Positions 31,766 through 40,804 of a stretch of DNA of 64,000 nucleotides are shown here, one piece after another. A program made the position numbers and the translations under genes. This DNA is from an uncultured Verrucomicrobiae bacterium (GTDB lineage: Bacteria; Verrucomicrobiota; Verrucomicrobiia; Limisphaerales; JAFGQR01): the NCBI GenBank assembly GCA_963788655.1, contig CAWBHS010000072.1, positions 384,001 to 448,000 of the forward strand, read 5' to 3'. A model generated the notes under the pieces. The model did not search any database and was not told the DNA's origin. It worked only from the letters and a program-made list of their open reading frames with translations. Positions within the stretch are counted from its first letter, which is position 1. Every line of letters begins with the position of its first letter.

Positions 31766-34700
31766 CTACGGCTCGACGAGCCGATAGAACCGCCGCGGAT
31801 GGTCGGACAATGGTTCGTTGAAGATCAAAGGTTGTCCTGCCACCCCATTCGTCAATACCGGCTCCCAATAAATCAGGTTGGTCGATGATTCCAGAACCAA
31901 CGCATCGTAGCCGGATAAGCCCTCCAGTTGCAGGTGGAATTCCCCGTTTTCAATACCGAAGGCAGTGGAGGAGAACCGCAACACTTCGCGCACCGTCAAC
32001 GTGGCGCTGCTGCTCGTCTGGCTGCCCATTCCATTGCTCACCTCCACGCGGTAAACGCCAGCATCACCGAGCGTCACCTGGCGCAGGAGCAGGGTGGCAT
32101 TGGTGGCCTCGGTCAACGGCACGCCGTCGAGCAACCATTGGTAACTCAACGGCGATTCGCCGCTGGCCACGACGCTGAAAGCCACGTCGTCGCCGACGAA
32201 CGCTTTTTGGCTGCCGGGCGAGCGGGCAATGAACGGCGCGGCCGAAACCGTCGCCGTGAATTCAAGCATGCGCAAGGCAGTTTCCCCGGCGACACTGTTG
32301 GTTGCCTGGAGACTAAAAATGTAAAGTCCAGGAACATCCGGCGTGAACACCGGATTGGAAACCGACTCATCTGACAGCGTGACACTGGAATCACCCGGGC
32401 GCCGCACTACCGACCATTTCCAGGCGGTGGCGGTTTGTGGATTTGTGTCCAATTGCCGCTGGGCTCCCACCGGGCCACTGGGCGCATCCACAACCGGCCG
32501 ATCCGGGCAGGACAAGCTGAGTTTGCGGACTACATTATTGTACACGTCGGTCACGTAAACATTCCCCGCCGCATCCAGCGTTACTCCTTCGGGAAGATCG
32601 AAATAGGCCGTCGCGCCAACGCCATCGGCGTAACCGGCGACTCCATGATGCCCGGCAATCGTAATCACTTCGCCGGTGGGACTGACCTTCCGGATGGTGT
32701 GATTGAAACGGTCAGCCACAAAGAGGGTGCCGTCCGGAGCTACAGCAATTCCTTTGAGCAACCGAAACCGCGCCGCGCTGCCCACGCCGTCCACGTCCCC
32801 AAATTCCGTTGCTTGACCCGCCACCGTTGTCACTTCGCCCAGCGGGCTTACTTTGCGAATGGTGCCGTTGCCCAGGTCGCTGACATACAGATACCCCGCC
32901 GCGTCCACCGTCAAGCTGCGCGGATAGGCGAACCAGGCTGACTGCCCGATCCCATCAGCGCTGCCGAGCACCCTGGGAACGCCCGCCAACGTGGTGACTT
33001 CACCGGCCGGAGTAATTTTGCGGATGGTGCTATTGTAGGTGTCGCTGACAAACACGTTGCCATCGTGATCGACCGCAATCCCCCGCGGGCTGTCGAAGCG
33101 GGCCGCGCTGCCTAATCCATCCGCGGTGCCGGCTTCGTCCGGGGTGCCCGCGATAGTGGTCACCTGGCCGGCAGGGTCGATCTTGCGAATGGTGTTGTTG
33201 AGGCAATCCGCCACATACACGTTGCCCTCGCCATCCACCGCCACGCCGCGGGGTTCGTAGAAATGCGCGGCCGTGCCCATACCGTCGTTGGTGCCGCTCA
33301 CGTTCAACTCGCCCGCCAGCACGGAGACGTCGCCGTCAGGACTGACTTTCTCAATCACCTGGCCGCCCAGGTCCGCCGTGTACAACCACCCGTCAGGACC
33401 GGCGGCAATGCCATACAGGAAGTTAAATCCAACGCCGGGGATTGCGTTCCCAGGGCCGACCAGGGTCGTTACCCCGTGCTCGGAAGTGACCTTGCGCAGC
33501 GCATGGTTGCCGGTGTCGTCCACATAAATCTGGCCGAAACGATCCACGGCAATGCCGCGCGGAGCGGAAAACCGGGCGTCCGCGGCAGCGCCATCCACGC
33601 CCCCCGCCGAGCCACTCAAACCGGCCAGCGTGGTGACGTAGCCATTGGGCGTGATTTTGCGGACACTATGATTCCCGGTGTCGGCGATATACAGGTTGTC
33701 TGCACCATCCACCGCGACGCCACAGGGATGATAAAGCCGCGCCTGACCGCCCTGACCATCCGCCGTTCCCGTGGAGCGCGGCGCGCCCGCGAACGTGATG
33801 ACCTCGCCGACCGGACTGATTTTTCGAATGGTTGAATTCCAATAATCCGCGACGTAAAGCCAGCCTTGGGAATCCACGGCGATGCCGTAGGACCCATCAA
33901 ACCGCGCCTCGCTGCCCACCCCATCGACATTGCTGCCAAACGGACCACCCGGCGCTCCCGCCAAGGTCTTGACTTCGGCGGCGGGAGTGATTTTGCGAAT
34001 CAAGTAGTTGGCCGTGTCGGTGACATAGACATTGCCGGCCCGATCCACCGCCACACCTGACGGACCATAGAAAAGCGCGTCGGCGCCCACGCCGTCATTC
34101 GTGCCGTGCGTGCCCGCCGTTCCCACCCACGTGGTCACGCAGCCATCCGGGCTGATCTTGCGAATGGTGTGGTTGCCGGTGTCCGCTACAAATACGGTGC
34201 CCATCCTGTCCACCGCGACGCCCCGCGGCAAGTTGAACCGCGCTTCGCTGCCGACGCCATCGGCACTGCCGCTCTGCCCGGCCAATCCGGCCAGCGTCGA
34301 GGTTTCTCCTTCCGGCGTAACCTTGCGGATGGTGTGATTGCTTGTGTCAGCAATGTAAATGTTGCCTTCCAGATCAACGGCGGCGCCTTCGGGGCTGTGC
34401 AACCGCGCTTCCAATCCGGCGCCGTCCTTGGCGTCGCCGCGCTGGGCGGTGCTGGGCGCGAACGTGCTCACCATGTAGCTGCGCCAGACGGTCAAGTGGG
34501 CCGGCGGACTGCTGGTCGCACTGCCGCTGCCGTTGGAGACAATTACGGTATAGTCGCCCGCCTCGGTGCGGCTGATTTGCGGCAGGACCAGGTCCGCGTT
34601 GGTGGCACCGGGCAGTGCTGTTCCGTCGCGCAGCCATTGATACCGAAGCACCGCGGCGCCAACGGCAGCCACTGACAAGGTTGGACTGGTGTCCTCCAAC

Positions 34701-36028
34701 ACGGTCTGACTCTCCGGCTGAGTCACGATCCAGGGGGCTGTCGGCGGCGGCAACAGGACTACTTGATCGAGCCAGCCTGCGTGTACTACTCCGGCATCCG
34801 AGCTGTGCCGTTCGTAAATCCAACGCAGTTGAAAAATGCCTCCGGGCAGGTAGCGCTGATACAATTGCCAATCCACGTCACCCGAGACGGCCGCCGTTTC
34901 CTCGCCGGCCACCAGGAATTTGAGCGTGTCCTCGTCACTCGACACTTTCCAGCGAAAAGAAATGATGCCCGGTCCGAATACCGTCGTTTGAATCCAAGCT
35001 TCCTGGTCCGCTTCCAACGGGCCGCTTTGCGCCGCCTGTTCACCATCATAGGTCGTGTCCGATTCGGGGAACCAATTGGCGTGGCCGCCGCAGAGCCATG
35101 TGCGATTCGCGAAGTCCAGTGCAGAAGTCAATTCGGGCGAGGTCACGGACAAGGTCGCGTTGGAACTCGCCGTGGCGCCGGCGGCATCGCTCACCACCGC
35201 GCTGTAGTATCCCACCTGGTCGGCAGTGACTCCGGTCAACGATAGTGTTGCGTCCGTGGCGGCCGGGAGATCGATCCCGTTCCGGCGCCACTGGTAACTC
35301 AAGGGCGACTCGCCTTGGGCGCTTACGGTGAATTGCACGTTGCCCCCCGCATGGGCGATGACATCCGTGGGGTGAACGAAAATTCGCGGCCCAGGCGGCA
35401 GAACGGTGGCGGTCAAATCAGCGCCAAAAATCACGTCGCTGCTGGTGGCGCCGGCCTGGTGCACCTCGACCGCCAGCACATTCAGGCCCGGGACGAGCGT
35501 ATTGGGGGAAACCGCGAACGTCTCCCGGCCGGTGGATTGCACCTCGGCAGTCCGGTTGGCACTCGTGGAATAGCCAATGACGCTCGGTGTACCCGGCATG
35601 CCAAGCCGCTGGACCTCCTGCCCGTTTAAATAGAAGACCGCTCCGTCATCCACCACGGCACCAATGGTCAAGTCCAGGCGGTTGGTGGGGTAATCCAGCG
35701 TGAAAGTGGTCCGGAAATAATACGTGATGATCGGCTGGCCCACCGCGTCGGTCAGCGGCAAGGGCGTATTGATTCCGGTACTCAATCCCGGCGGCAGATA
35801 TTCGGTGCTCGGGGCGCCGAGGATACTGTCGCCTTGCGACCAACTGGAATCGTCATAGCCGGGTTCGCGCCAGGCGGTGCCCAGGTTAATGCCGTTGGCG
35901 TTATACCTCCATTGGGTGGCGAACGGGACGAGGTTGGTTTGAATTGAGTCGGCGGCCTCGAGCCAACCGCTACTGACCATTATGGCGCAGCTCAGAGCGA
36001 GTGCCCGTCCAAGTCGAAGAGTTCCCAT
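31766..36028 (-). CDS. Secreted protein with an N-terminal beta-sandwich, Ig-like domains, 12 NHL repeats and a C-terminal RFYR domain
   Basis: 12 copies of DG.G..ARF..P.GIAVD..GN.YVADT.N.TIRKI.P.G.VTT.AG; Ig motifs SYQW..NG; ends LESSTNLIYW...RRFYRLVEP. Confidence 0.9.
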   Translation of the reverse strand: MGTLRLGRALALSCAIMVSSGWLEAADSIQTNLVPFATQWRYNANGINLGTAWREPGYDDSSWSQGDSILGAPSTEYLPPGLSTGINTPLPLTDAVGQPIITYYFRTTFTLDYPTNRLDLTIGAVVDDGAVFYLNGQEVQRLGMPGTPSVIGYSTSANRTAEVQSTGRETFAVSPNTLVPGLNVLAVEVHQAGATSSDVIFGADLTATVLPPGPRIFVHPTDVIAHAGGNVQFTVSAQGESPLSYQWRRNGIDLPAATDATLSLTGVTADQVGYYSAVVSDAAGATASSNATLSVTSPELTSALDFANRTWLCGGHANWFPESDTTYDGEQAAQSGPLEADQEAWIQTTVFGPGIISFRWKVSSDEDTLKFLVAGEETAAVSGDVDWQLYQRYLPGGIFQLRWIYERHSSDAGVVHAGWLDQVVLLPPPTAPWIVTQPESQTVLEDTSPTLSVAAVGAAVLRYQWLRDGTALPGATNADLVLPQISRTEAGDYTVIVSNGSGSATSSPPAHLTVWRSYMVSTFAPSTAQRGDAKDGAGLEARLHSPEGAAVDLEGNIYIADTSNHTIRKVTPEGETSTLAGLAGQSGSADGVGSEARFNLPRGVAVDRMGTVFVADTGNHTIRKISPDGCVTTWVGTAGTHGTNDGVGADALFYGPSGVAVDRAGNVYVTDTANYLIRKITPAAEVKTLAGAPGGPFGSNVDGVGSEARFDGSYGIAVDSQGWLYVADYWNSTIRKISPVGEVITFAGAPRSTGTADGQGGQARLYHPCGVAVDGADNLYIADTGNHSVRKITPNGYVTTLAGLSGSAGGVDGAAADARFSAPRGIAVDRFGQIYVDDTGNHALRKVTSEHGVTTLVGPGNAIPGVGFNFLYGIAAGPDGWLYTADLGGQVIEKVSPDGDVSVLAGELNVSGTNDGMGTAAHFYEPRGVAVDGEGNVYVADCLNNTIRKIDPAGQVTTIAGTPDEAGTADGLGSAARFDSPRGIAVDHDGNVFVSDTYNSTIRKITPAGEVTTLAGVPRVLGSADGIGQSAWFAYPRSLTVDAAGYLYVSDLGNGTIRKVSPLGEVTTVAGQATEFGDVDGVGSAARFRLLKGIAVAPDGTLFVADRFNHTIRKVSPTGEVITIAGHHGVAGYADGVGATAYFDLPEGVTLDAAGNVYVTDVYNNVVRKLSLSCPDRPVVDAPSGPVGAQRQLDTNPQTATAWKWSVVRRPGDSSVTLSDESVSNPVFTPDVPGLYIFSLQATNSVAGETALRMLEFTATVSAAPFIARSPGSQKAFVGDDVAFSVVASGESPLSYQWLLDGVPLTEATNATLLLRQVTLGDAGVYRVEVSNGMGSQTSSSATLTVREVLRFSSTAFGIENGEFHLQLEGLSGYDALVLESSTNLIYWEPVLTNGVAGQPLIFNEPLSDHPRRFYRLVEP

Positions 36029-36318
36029 AAAGATCCAATCGTTCTTAATTAATTGTAGCCCAACTGCAAGCTCTCCGGTCACTTCCCCAATCCTGGCTCG
36101 GCGAACGATGCTCTTAAGGAACTACAAACACTCCACCCGGCATGGGTTTCGGCTGATTGTCCTTAGCGATCCCCGCCAATCGGCAGGAAGGGTTCACCAT
36201 GAGAACAACGGATTGAAGCCGAACGCCGCATAAAAGTCAATGCTTTATTCCGGGGTGTTCGTAGTCGCCTTAGCAGTCGAGGCAGGAGATGCGGTGCATA
36301 AAGTAATTGCCTTCTTGA

Positions 36319-36393
36319 CGTAGCGACGTCGCGGAAGAGCGCCGCTGACCGACTTTGACAAAAACCGCGGCGCTCTGCCGCGATGCCGTTGCG
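36319..36393. repeat. REP-like inverted pair (family D)
   Basis: CGTAGCGACGTCGCGGAAGAGCGCCGC ... GCGGCGCTCTGCCGCGATGCCGTTGCG. Confidence 0.6.
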
Positions 36394-36448
36394 TTGCCGG
36401 GAGCTTCAAAATGTGACTAGCGCTTGGTTGTGAACGACCTGTATTCAG

Positions 36449-36597
36449 TCGCGCCAGCGTTTGGAGTGCGCCCGGCTTGCCGGCGCTTTCAAATGGGGAG
36501 CGATGGCCAAACTGTTGCCGGCGCCGAATTGATTTAGGAACGTGCGGCGGCGTGCGAAAGCGGGAGCAAGCTCCACGCACTCCAAACGCTGGCGCGA
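36449..36597. repeat. REP doublet, family A
   Basis: TCGCGCCAGCGTTTGGAGTGCGCCCGGCTTGCCGGCGCTTTC ... GAAAGCGGGAGCAAGCTCCACGCACTCCAAACGCTGGCGCGA. Confidence 0.9.
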
Positions 36598-36663
36598 GTC
36601 ATCGTCCGCTGGGTCGTGTTGTGCGGCACCGACCACCTGGCGCCGTACCTCCCAATCGCAATC

Positions 36664-37516
36664 CTACTGCTTACCGTCCACGGGCACGTCAAACTGTGGC
36701 AACGGAACCGGACTGTGTTCGACCATCGAGCGGAGCTTCAAAACGTTCTTGGTTGGCCCGCCCGTTTCCAGGAAGAACCAATCGCCATCCAGTCCGGCAT
36801 TAATCGTATCCTTGGCTTCCCAGATCGAGCCGGAAGCAGTGAAACGGGCGCGGGTCAAGGCCAGCCAATCGCCGTTGGCATTCCTCACCCAGCCCTGGCC
36901 AAACCGCGCGCGCCGACGTTCCTGGGCGCTTTTGCCATCGCGACGGAAATCCTCGATAAACGAGTAATAGCCCTTGAGCGGTTGGCCGCCAGTGCGGGTG
37001 CGAAAGGTCGCCAAATGACGCCACTTCTTGGGCGCTGTTATCGAACACGTAACCGGCGTAAGCGGTCTTGTTGCTCTCGACCAGCCCGCGCACCAAGAAC
37101 CGATTGGTTCCGCCCGGTTGCCAATTGAACTCGCCCATACACTGGCCACCGGTGCCTTCGCCACCGAAACGCCGGATGCGCACGTTCGGATCGCTGAATA
37201 AACACTCGACGCGATCTTTTTCCTCGACCGCATTCGCATTGTTGCCTCGGGTGGGATCCCAGACGGAAAAGAGGATGACCTTCCGTCCATTGCCCAGTTC
37301 CTGGATGCCGAAATAGCCCGTGTTCCAACCGCAGGCCATGAAGTAGCTGCCCGGCACGGATTCATCCACGATCATTTCGTTGTAGAACAGTTCGGCTTCC
37401 GGAGCTTGCCAGGCCAAATGAACCGAACGGGCCGCGCGCGGCGCCGAATTCGATTCCGCGGCGGTTGCGGACAGAAGGGCAAACGCCGCCAACAAGGTAA
37501 TGAGCAATGTTTTCAT
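36664..37516 (-). CDS. Secreted DUF3472-family protein; one frameshift ~37030
   Basis: SVHL...FYNE..V..S.PGSYFMACGW..GYFGIQEL...LFSVWDP...FGGEGTGGQ, continuing in another frame as YSFIEDFRRD. Confidence 0.8.
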
Positions 37517-37581
37517 AGAGATAGCTGTGGTTCAGAAAACGCAGGTCCATCCTTCGGGATCAAGCTGAATCTTGAATCGCC

Positions 37582-37726
37582 GGGTAGCGCGTCCGCCCCG
37601 GGCGCCGTCAACGGCGCCTCGCCGTTGACTCCAAACGTCGTAAGGCGGCCGCTTGAAATTGAGCGTCCCGTTTGCAGTGTTTCGGTGCGAGGCGCACCGA
37701 ATGACAGGCGGGGCGCCTGTGCTCCC
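37582..37726. repeat. Composite REP-like inverted pair (family E)
   Basis: GGGTAGCGCGTCCGCCCCGGGCGCCGTCAACGGCGCCTCGCCGTTGAC ... TTCGGTGCGAGGCGCACCGAATGACAGGCGGGGCGCCTGTGCTCCC. Confidence 0.7.
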
Positions 37727-37755
37727 CAATTGCCGCGCATTCACGACGTATACCT

Positions 37756-38949
37756 TCACCGGCTGCGAATCTCCCGCCGGTATTTCAAAGGCGTTTTGCC
37801 GATCTCGGATCGGAACACGTAGGCGAGGTATTCCGGGGAACCAAAGCCAGCGGCCTCGGCGACGTCGGGGATGGGCAGATCGGTTTCGACCAGCAAGCGT
37901 TTGGCGTGATCAAAGTGGGCCCGCCGGATTTCACTGGCCGGCGAGCGGCCGAGCACCTGCATGAAACGCCGTTCCAACACACGGCGCGAGATGCCGGCCT
38001 GCCGTGCGACTTCATTCACTTGGATGGGGCGCGCCGTGTTTTGCCGGATAAAGCTCAGAGCCTTGACCAGCGCCCGGTCGCGAATAGCCAGCGTATCTGT
38101 GGACTGTCGCGTCATCACTCCCAACGGGGCGAATAGGACGGGCCTTTTCGGGGCGGGCCGGCCCTGCATCAACCGGTCCAGCAATTCCGCGGCTCGATGG
38201 CCGATTTGCTCGGCGGCCACCAGCAGCGCGGAGAGCGGCACGTGCAGCAGCTCGCACAGCACGTCATCATCGGCGCCGCTGATCACCGCCACTTCTTCCG
38301 GCACCAGCAGGCCGGTCATTTGGCAGGCGTAAATGATTTCCCGGCTGCTGCTCGGATTCCAGGTCAACACCCCGACCGGCTTCGGCAGGCTTTGCAACCA
38401 TTGGCCGAGTTTGGCGAGGTTCAAATTCCAATCCGGTTCGGCGCCCAGGCGGGGTTTGACGGCGTACACCGCACAATCGTATCCGGCGCGTCTGACGGCC
38501 TGGAGGAAGGCATCCTGTTGGATTGCCACGTAGGAGAGTCCCAACAAACTGAAGTAGGCGAAGTGCTGGAAGCCGCGATCGAGAAAATGTTTAAGCACCA
38601 ATGCCGCCGCTGCCTGCATGTCGGTCGTAACTCGGGGAAAATCAATCTCCGGCAATTTAATGCCGGAGACATTGACCACCGGCAGCCGCAGGCTTTTTAG
38701 TTCCTGCGCCATCGGCAGGTTACCGATTCGGGCAATGACGCCGTCGCCTTGCCAGCCGGCCGGCACGCGCAGGCGTTCCTCCATGCCACGCGCTTCGACA
38801 AAGAGTTGCCAGGAACCGTGCTTGCGGGCGTAATTGTGGATGCCCTGCAAAATGCGGCGTCCCCAACTCGTGGAGGTATCGACCAGCACCGCGACGCGCG
38901 GAATGCTGCCCCGGTTGGTCGGCGGTGCGACTTTTTTGGAAGTGTTCAT
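37756..38949 (-). CDS. XylR-type transcriptional regulator (periplasmic-binding-protein-like domain + AraC HTH)
   Basis: RVAVLVDTSTSWGRRILQGI; GDGVIARI; LPKPVGV; VPEEVAVI; RQSTD; C-terminal ISRRVLERRF...GFGSPEYL...TPLKYR. Confidence 0.92.
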   Translation of the reverse strand: MNTSKKVAPPTNRGSIPRVAVLVDTSTSWGRRILQGIHNYARKHGSWQLFVEARGMEERLRVPAGWQGDGVIARIGNLPMAQELKSLRLPVVNVSGIKLPEIDFPRVTTDMQAAAALVLKHFLDRGFQHFAYFSLLGLSYVAIQQDAFLQAVRRAGYDCAVYAVKPRLGAEPDWNLNLAKLGQWLQSLPKPVGVLTWNPSSSREIIYACQMTGLLVPEEVAVISGADDDVLCELLHVPLSALLVAAEQIGHRAAELLDRLMQGRPAPKRPVLFAPLGVMTRQSTDTLAIRDRALVKALSFIRQNTARPIQVNEVARQAGISRRVLERRFMQVLGRSPASEIRRAHFDHAKRLLVETDLPIPDVAEAAGFGSPEYLAYVFRSEIGKTPLKYRREIRSR

Positions 38950-38957
38950 CGAACTGC

Positions 38958-38981
38958 CGCAATTTCTTAGAACATAAACGC
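38958..38981. promoter_or_regulatory. Putative XylR-type operator
   Basis: CGC-aat-TTCT-t-AGAA-cataa-ACGC in the divergent regulator/MFS spacer. A matching motif lies at 52770-52793. Confidence 0.45.
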
Positions 38982-39171
38982 GATAATTTCTACGGTATTC
39001 GGAACGGTTGTGCCAGTATGTTTCTGAACATGAACTGCCGATGTTGGGCGGAAGCATGCTGATGTCAGCCCCCGAAATGCGACAATTGAGAACCAACGGC
39101 ACGGCGGCACCCGTTGACGGGTGGGGCCGCGGGATGCGCGGTTTGGACGTGATAAACGGGGAGCAGTCCCG

Positions 39172-40566
39172 ATGAAGATTTGCGGACTTCGCTGGTGGGT
39201 GGTGGTGCTGATCTTCTTGGCGGCGGTGCTAAACTATGTGGACCGCCAAACGCTGTCGGCGCTCGCCCCAACCATTCAGCATGACCTGGGCATGGACGAT
39301 CAAGGGTACGCCAATATCGTCAACATTTTCCTGGTCGCCTACACCTTGTCCTATCTCGTCGCGGGCAAACTCGCCGACAAGCTGGGCACGCGTCTCGGGA
39401 TGTTCATCTTTGTGGCCTGGTGGTCAGTGTCCAACATGCTCACGGCGGCGGCGCACGGGATGCGTTCCTTGAGCGCGTTTCGCTTTTCGCTCGGTCTGGG
39501 CGAGGCGGGCGTGTGGCCGGCGGCTTCCAAAGCGGTGTCCGAGTGGTTCCCGCCGCGCGAACGGGCGTTGGCCATTGGACTTTACACCATGGGCGCTACC
39601 GTGGGCGCGACCGTGGCACCGTACATCGTCATTCCGCTGGCGACGTTTCCTTACGCTGACAAATTGCCGTTCGTGCAGAACCTCCTGGGTTACGGTGCTG
39701 GCTGGCGGTTGGCTTTCTTGTTGACCGGCGTCGTCGGCCTGCTGTGGTTGGTGCCCTGGCTATGGCTGTATCGCGTGCCGCGTCAAAGCAAGTTGATCCG
39801 CGAGGCGGAACTTCGGCTCATCGAGGAAACGCCGGCCAATGAAAGTCGCGGCGAGACGGTGGCACCGGAAACATCATGGACCTGGAGGCAGGTGTTCACC
39901 TGTCGGGCGACGTGGCTTTTGTTGTTCGGGCGGCTGATTACTGATCCCGCCTGGTATTTCTACCAATTTTGGTTCCCCAAGTATTTGAACACCGACCGTC
40001 ATCTTTCCCAGGAGCAACTCAAGATCACCTGGATTGTCTATGCTGCCGCGGGCGTCGGCAGTCTGCTGGGCGGCTGGCTCTCGGGCCGACTGGTAAAACG
40101 CGGCGTCGCACCCGCCCGCAGCCGGATGTGGATCATGTTGGGCTGCGCATGTCTGTTGCCGTTGTCGCCGTTTATCGCCACGGTATCCGGCACCAACGCG
40201 GCCATGCTCCTGACCGTCATCACGGTGCTGGCGGCGCTGGCGTGGTTGATCAACATCAGCGCCATCATTGTTGATGTCATTCCGCAGCATTCGCTGGGCA
40301 CGGTCTTCAGCGTGGTGGCGGCCGGTAGCACCATCGGTGGCATGATCATGAACAAAATTGTGGCGGCGATGGTTTCCGGTCCAACGTCGGGGCCGGCGGG
40401 ATTCCTGGACCAGGCCCTCAATTCCGTGTTTGGCGGTCTGCTGCACGCGGTGCAGGGCAAGGGCTACGCCGAATGGTTTCTTATCATGGCCTTCCTTCAC
40501 CCGTTCGCCTGGCTGATGCTCAAGTTCGGCGGCGTCGAGCAAAGCGGCATTCAAAGCAAAAGGTAA
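39172..40566 (+). CDS. MFS transporter, ExuT/hexuronate (ACS) type
   Basis: LRWWVVVLIFLAAVLNYVDRQTLS; GKLADKLGTR; LGLGEAGVWPA..KAVSEWFP..ER; DPAWYFYQFWFPKYL. Confidence 0.92.
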   Translation: MKICGLRWWVVVLIFLAAVLNYVDRQTLSALAPTIQHDLGMDDQGYANIVNIFLVAYTLSYLVAGKLADKLGTRLGMFIFVAWWSVSNMLTAAAHGMRSLSAFRFSLGLGEAGVWPAASKAVSEWFPPRERALAIGLYTMGATVGATVAPYIVIPLATFPYADKLPFVQNLLGYGAGWRLAFLLTGVVGLLWLVPWLWLYRVPRQSKLIREAELRLIEETPANESRGETVAPETSWTWRQVFTCRATWLLLFGRLITDPAWYFYQFWFPKYLNTDRHLSQEQLKITWIVYAAAGVGSLLGGWLSGRLVKRGVAPARSRMWIMLGCACLLPLSPFIATVSGTNAAMLLTVITVLAALAWLINISAIIVDVIPQHSLGTVFSVVAAGSTIGGMIMNKIVAAMVSGPTSGPAGFLDQALNSVFGGLLHAVQGKGYAEWFLIMAFLHPFAWLMLKFGGVEQSGIQSKR

Positions 40567-40616
40567 TCATGCAGCGCGAGACGAAATTCTCCCTTCACAG
40601 GAACCAAGCAAACTGC

Positions 40617-40769
40617 CGCCAGGTTTTGGAGTGCGCCAATCCTCTGGCGCTTTTGGTGGTCGCCGGGCTATGCGAATGCGGCAGAGGACTGCCGCACTCC
40701 AAGCCGCTCGCGCGCCGAACATACGCGTTGTTCCTCAGAATGAATTGTAACAGCCGACGTGAGGAGGCT
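40617..40769. repeat. Divergent family-A REP doublet plus a family-F element
   Basis: TTTTGGAGTGCGCCAATCCTCTGGCGCTTT ... GCGGCAGAGGACTGCCGCACTCCAAG. GTAACAGCCGACGTGAGGAGGCT at 40747-40769 has a reverse copy at 55382-55404. Confidence 0.7.
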
Positions 40770-40804
40770 CACACTTCAATCTCTCGAAGTTCTTTACAAA
40801 CAAA

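Noticed and set aside
32520..34470. Diversity-generating retroelement target in the NHL repeats
   Set aside because: No reverse transcriptase and no near-identical template/variable repeat pair differing at adenines.
6309..40714. Family-A repeats as a CRISPR array
   Set aside because: The copies are dispersed inverted pairs, not direct repeats with regular spacers, and there are no cas genes.
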